Source of the DNA: Lysobacterales bacterium
GTDB lineage: Bacteria; Pseudomonadota; Gammaproteobacteria; Xanthomonadales; Xanthomonadaceae
Length of the DNA: 33,506 bases
Reading direction: 5' to 3'
Assembly (NCBI GenBank): GCA_038248775.1
Contig: JBBRXD010000001.1
Coordinates: 1-33,506 of the forward strand
The notes beneath the pieces are model-generated. The model ran no database searches. It was not told the origin of the DNA and saw only the letters and a program-made list of their open reading frames with translations. How positions within the stretch are numbered: the stretch's first letter is position 1; the number at the start of each line of letters is the position of its first letter. This document shows positions 26,833 through 33,506 of the stretch, piece by piece. The translations under genes were made by a program, and so were the position numbers.

Positions 26833-27831
26833 TCAGTCTTTCGCGGCCTGCATCGCCAGTGCGGTAGCGCCGAGCAGTCCGGCCTGCGGGTGCAGCACCG
26901 CCATGACCGGCACCCGCGCCATCGCGTCGGAGAATCGACCCTTGGCCTCGAAGCGCCGACGGAAACCCGGGCCCTGCAGCTCACGCAGCAGCTTGGGCAC
27001 CAGACCGCCGGTGAGGAAGACCCCGTCCCAGCTGCCCAGGGTCAGCACCAGGTCGCCGGCGATATTGCCGAACACTTCGCAGAAGATTTCCACCGCGCGT
27101 ATGCAAGTCGGGTCGCCCGCGCGGGCACCGGCAGTGATGTCCCGGGGCTCGGTCGCGGCCGGGTTGGCATCCCCCGCCAGGCAACAAAGTGCCCAGTGGA
27201 TATTGCACAGGCCGCGGCCGCTGAGCAGGCGCTCGTTGGACACCCGCCCGAATTGGTCCGACAGCAGTTTCCAGATATCGGCTTCTTGCTCGGTGCCGGC
27301 GGCAAAGCTGACATGCCCACCTTCAGTTTCGAGCGGAAAGATCCGGCCCCCGCGAATCAGCAGGGCGCTTACGCCCAGGCCCGTGCCCGGACCGATCACG
27401 GCGTAGCTGCGTTCCTCGCCGCCCAGCGGCGGTGGCGGCACCTTGCCGATCAGGGCGAGGTCCGCACCGCAGAGCAGGGTCGCCGCCATGGCCTGGGCGG
27501 TGAAGTCGTTGACCAATTGCACCGACTCGGCGTCCAAGCTCAAGGCGAGGGCGGTGTCGGGGCGGGAGATCAGCCACGGATGGTTGGTAATGCGCGCAAT
27601 GTCGCCATCCACCCGGCCGGCGACGGCGAACACCGCGCGATCAAGGGTACCGGGCAAGGGCGCAACGTTGTGCAGGTAATGCTGCGCTGCTGCAACCAGC
27701 GACGGGAAGTCAGCGACATCCAGGTGATGCACGCTGTCCATCACCAGGGGCGCGGCGCGGCCGCCATCGGCGAGGGCGAAACGCGCGTGGGTGCCGCCGA
27801 TGTCGGCGACCAGGGCCAGTGCCGGGTTCAT
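26833..27831 (-). CDS. glk: Glucokinase
   Basis: LVADIGGTHARFAL, LVNDF, GPGTGLG, TEGGH, ERLLSGRGL, GVFLTGG, FEAKGRF; GGAGG RBS. Confidence 0.95.
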   Translation of the reverse strand: MNPALALVADIGGTHARFALADGGRAAPLVMDSVHHLDVADFPSLVAAAQHYLHNVAPLPGTLDRAVFAVAGRVDGDIARITNHPWLISRPDTALALSLDAESVQLVNDFTAQAMAATLLCGADLALIGKVPPPPLGGEERSYAVIGPGTGLGVSALLIRGGRIFPLETEGGHVSFAAGTEQEADIWKLLSDQFGRVSNERLLSGRGLCNIHWALCCLAGDANPAATEPRDITAGARAGDPTCIRAVEIFCEVFGNIAGDLVLTLGSWDGVFLTGGLVPKLLRELQGPGFRRRFEAKGRFSDAMARVPVMAVLHPQAGLLGATALAMQAAKD

Positions 27832-27883
27832 GGTGCTGCGCAGCCCCTCCCAGGATCATGCGGAGGCTGAGTAAGCACGATAA

Positions 27884-27899
27884 TTGACAACGCTGTCAA
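27884..27899. promoter_or_regulatory. LacI-type operator 3 in the divergent glk / GH3 intergenic region
   Basis: TTGACAACGCTGTCAA, a near-perfect palindrome with TTGACA on both strands. Confidence 0.85.
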
Positions 27900-27979
27900 C
27901 ACCGGCGCAATAATCGACGCACCAGGGTGGCACGAACCAGTCGTCAGGTTCACGGCATCCAGGCCCATTGGGAGGTGGC

Positions 27980-30571
<2,592 letters not shown>

Positions 30572-30576
30572 TTTAC

Positions 30577-30598
30577 GCTGCACGTGCAGCACGTTTTT
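30577..30598 (+). terminator. Possible weak intrinsic terminator after GH3
   Basis: GCTGC-ACGT-GCAGC hairpin followed by ACGTTTTT; the stem is short. Confidence 0.3.
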
Positions 30599-30637
30599 CG
30601 TTAACCGCGCCTTGTAAAAAATTTGTTTCGCCATTGT

Positions 30638-30651
30638 TGACAACGCTGTCA
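30638..30651. promoter_or_regulatory. LacI-type operator 4 (TonB-dependent receptor)
   Basis: TGACAACGCTGTCA, identical to the operator 3 core, ~100 nt before ATG 30748. Confidence 0.85.
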
Positions 30652-30747
30652 TTTAGGCGTCGAATAAGCCACGGGTATGACGCGGGGTATAGGCGTCCGC
30701 CGTCACACCACATCAGTTCCACATTGAATTCCTGGGAGGGAGAGTCC

Positions 30748-33506
30748 ATGAACCAACTGCACGCATTTCCGAAGCAGCGAATCCTCACCGTTGCTTTGTT
30801 GATGGCCCTCGCCAGCCCCGCGTTCGCGCAGGAAGCAAGCCTGACGCCCGAAGCAACCGCTGCCACCGATAGCGACAGCGCAGCCAAGAAGGCCGCCGAC
30901 AAGGAAGCCGCCGACAAGAAAGTCGCTGAAGAAAAGGCGGCGGCAGGCGAACTGGAAACCGTGGTAGTCAAGGGCATCCGCTTCTCGATCGAAACCTCGG
31001 TCGCAAGCAAGCGCAATTCAAACTCCATCATCGAAGCCGTGTCGGCCGAAGACATTGGCAAGCTGCCCGACGCGAGCGTCGCCGAGTCGCTGGCTCGCCT
31101 GCCCGGCCTGACCGGTCAGCGCGGCACCGATGGCCGGGTCAACGTCATCTCGATCCGCGGCCTGTCCCCGGCGTTTTCCGGCGCGTTGTTGAATGGACGC
31201 GAGATCGTCAGCTCCAACGACGGCCGCGCAGTGGAATACGACCAGTTCCCGTCGGAACTGATCGGTTCGGCAATCGTCTATAAAACGCCCAATGCGGCGC
31301 TGCTTGGCCAAGGCCTGTCTGGCACCGTCGACCTGATTGCACGCAAGCCGCTTGACACACGCGGCCGCCAGGTGGCCTTGAACCTGCGCGTTGAAGACAA
31401 CTCCAACGGCACCCAGGTGCCCGGCGTGGCCAGCCCGATCGGCAAACGCTTCAGTGTGTCTTATGTCAACCAGTTCGCCGACAACACCATCGGCCTGGCG
31501 ATCGGTTTTGCCCATCTCGAATCGACCTCGCAGCTCAAGCTCACCGAACTTGACCAGTACGGCGACTACACGCCCTACGGCCTCCCGGTCGCGGGAACTG
31601 TGCCATCGCTGTACCAGGCGCCTTCGGTCAGCTGGGGACCGCAGAGTCAAGCCCTGCTGCCGCTGTTCTGGACCGGTTCGCAGTCCACCAAGAAAAACAC
31701 TCGTGATGGCCTGATGGTCGTGGTTGAATTCCAGCCCAACGACGACGTGCACAGCCAGCTCGACCTGTACTACTCAAAGTTCGACACGCACGAAGTCGGC
31801 GGCAAGCTGACCTCCAACATGTTTGCCAGCTGGGGCCAGTTCTTCGGCTTGGGCGTGCTGAACACCTTGTCGGATATCGAAACCACCCAAGTGGGCCAGA
31901 ACACCTACGCCACCAGCGGCACGGCCAGCGCCCTGCCGACCACCACCACCAACTCCGATACGCGTCGCAAGGACACCATCTGGGCAGTGGGCTGGAACAC
32001 AACCTGGAAAATGGGCGACGAATGGACCGGCATCGTCGATGCCAGCTTGTCGCGCGACGTGCGTGACGAGAAGTACCAGGAGGTTTACGCCGGCCCCTGG
32101 GACAACAACACCAACAACTGGGCCTATGGTCCGTACAGCTGGGATATTCCGGTGGATGGTGGCGACCAGTTCCTCACACCACTCACGCCTGGCTTCCTGT
32201 CGAACCCGGCCAACATCCACTTCGGCGATGTGGTCGGCTTCGACTACGTGCCTGGCGAACCACGCTGGACCGGCGTCATCCGCGATCCGCATGTGGAAGA
32301 CGAGATCAAGACGCTTCGCCTGTCGGTCAACCGCGGATTTGACGGCTTCATCAGCAAATTCACGGCCGGCATCAACTACACGAAGCGCGACAAGAGCGTG
32401 GAAAAGAACGAAACCCGCCTGCTGGTGCCGCTCGACGGCAACGGCCAGCCGGTTCGCAACGTTCCGGCGGGCGCAGTGCTGACCCCGCTCGACATGTCCT
32501 GGATGGGCGTCGACAGCTTCATCCGCCTGGACGTGCCTTACCTGGTCGCGTCGGGTGCGCTTACCCTCAAGCCCGCCGAGTTGGGCCTGAAGGCCAACGA
32601 TTCCTTTATCAACGAAAAGATCCTGACCGCGTTCGCGATGGTGGACTTCGACACCCAGCTTGGCAGTGTGCCGATCCGCGGCAACTTCGGTGTACAGGTC
32701 GTGCATAGCGACCAGCACGCTGAAGGTTGGGAATACCGCGGCGACAACAACAACGTCGACTTCGACCTGCTGTATCGCAAGCAAGGCGGCGCCAAGTACA
32801 CCGATCTGCTGCCAAGCCTGAACGTGGTGGCCGAACTGCAGCCCGACTTCATCGCGCGATTGGGCGTCGGCGTGGCTACGGCCCGTCCGCAGATCAACGA
32901 CATGCGCGCTGGTACCAGCACACCGTTCTTGAACATCACACCGGGGCCGGAACAGGGCCGCTGGTCCACCGCCTACGCCGGCAATCCGGAGCTCAAGCCC
33001 TGGAAGGCCGTCGCCTTCGACCTGTCTCTGGAAAAGTACTTCGGCACGCGCAGCTACATTTCCATCGCGGCGTTCCGCAAGAACCTGCTCAGCTACATCA
33101 CCTATGGCATCAGCGCGGTCGACAACACCGACATTCCCGTTCCTGCCAATTATCCCGGCCCAGCGCCGGTCGAGCAGTTCGGCCCGGTGTTCCAGCCGCT
33201 CAATGGCAATGGTGGCCAGATCGAGGGCATCGAAGCGGCGGCGTCGCTGGATGCCGGCTTGTTCAGCGATACGCTGGAAGGCTTCGGCATGGTGGTCAGC
33301 GCGTCCAAGCTCAACAGCACCATCCGCGACCAGAAGGTCGACCAGAACAGCAACCTGGTAATCCCAGGATCGAAGACCTCGATCAATGGACTGTCGGGTA
33401 TCGCCAACAACGTGACTTTCTACTTCGAAAGGAGCGGCTTCTCGGCGCGGTTGAGCCAACGCTATCGTTCCGCGTTCACCGCCACCACGCGCGACATCTT
33501 CTTCCG
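30748..33506 (+). CDS. TonB-dependent receptor (carbohydrate-uptake type), 3' end outside window
   Basis: Absent from the ORF track, consistent with no stop inside the window. Reads MNQLHAFPKQRILTVALLMALASPAFA-QE (signal peptide), TonB box LETVVVKGIR, plug motif SAEDIGKLPDASVAESLARLPGL, ISIRGL, and later YTDLLPSLN, GNPELKPW; GGGAGG RBS. Confidence 0.95.
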   Translation, partial: MNQLHAFPKQRILTVALLMALASPAFAQEASLTPEATAATDSDSAAKKAADKEAADKKVAEEKAAAGELETVVVKGIRFSIETSVASKRNSNSIIEAVSAEDIGKLPDASVAESLARLPGLTGQRGTDGRVNVISIRGLSPAFSGALLNGREIVSSNDGRAVEYDQFPSELIGSAIVYKTPNAALLGQGLSGTVDLIARKPLDTRGRQVALNLRVEDNSNGTQVPGVASPIGKRFSVSYVNQFADNTIGLAIGFAHLESTSQLKLTELDQYGDYTPYGLPVAGTVPSLYQAPSVSWGPQSQALLPLFWTGSQSTKKNTRDGLMVVVEFQPNDDVHSQLDLYYSKFDTHEVGGKLTSNMFASWGQFFGLGVLNTLSDIETTQVGQNTYATSGTASALPTTTTNSDTRRKDTIWAVGWNTTWKMGDEWTGIVDASLSRDVRDEKYQEVYAGPWDNNTNNWAYGPYSWDIPVDGGDQFLTPLTPGFLSNPANIHFGDVVGFDYVPGEPRWTGVIRDPHVEDEIKTLRLSVNRGFDGFISKFTAGINYTKRDKSVEKNETRLLVPLDGNGQPVRNVPAGAVLTPLDMSWMGVDSFIRLDVPYLVASGALTLKPAELGLKANDSFINEKILTAFAMVDFDTQLGSVPIRGNFGVQVVHSDQHAEGWEYRGDNNNVDFDLLYRKQGGAKYTDLLPSLNVVAELQPDFIARLGVGVATARPQINDMRAGTSTPFLNITPGPEQGRWSTAYAGNPELKPWKAVAFDLSLEKYFGTRSYISIAAFRKNLLSYITYGISAVDNTDIPVPANYPGPAPVEQFGPVFQPLNGNGGQIEGIEAAASLDAGLFSDTLEGFGMVVSASKLNSTIRDQKVDQNSNLVIPGSKTSINGLSGIANNVTFYFERSGFSARLSQRYRSAFTATTRDIFF

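Overview
GC-rich proteobacterial DNA; the kdsB, GH3, TonB receptor and LacI genes look Xanthomonadales-like (inference). There are three blocks. (1) 1-1943: an internally deleted Rieske/flavodoxin gene and a glucose/galactose MFS permease. (2) About 2012-19560: a mosaic glycan-modification island with fucosyltransferase-like genes (GT11-like, NodZ/GT23-like, two GT10 remnants), two sulfotransferases, two methyltransferases, several GT2s, a GT-D-like and a GT31-like gene, an LTA-synthase/sulfatase-like membrane transferase, a CE4 deacetylase and an out-of-context kdsB. It has no export or polymerase genes and contains many duplicated dead gene fragments. (3) 19758-33506: a JmjC cupin, gabT, an AbiEi/AbiEii type IV toxin-antitoxin pair, and a LacI-controlled beta-glucoside/glucan utilisation locus (lacI, MFS, glk, GH3, 3'-truncated TonB-dependent receptor) with four matching operators. 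The strongest unexplained signals are two identically spaced 53-bp four-box operators 105 bp apart between gabT and abiEi, and a ~270-bp repeat that is the ghost 3' end of a GT31-like gene abutting two different intact genes. All family calls come from motif recognition by eye; no database searches were run.
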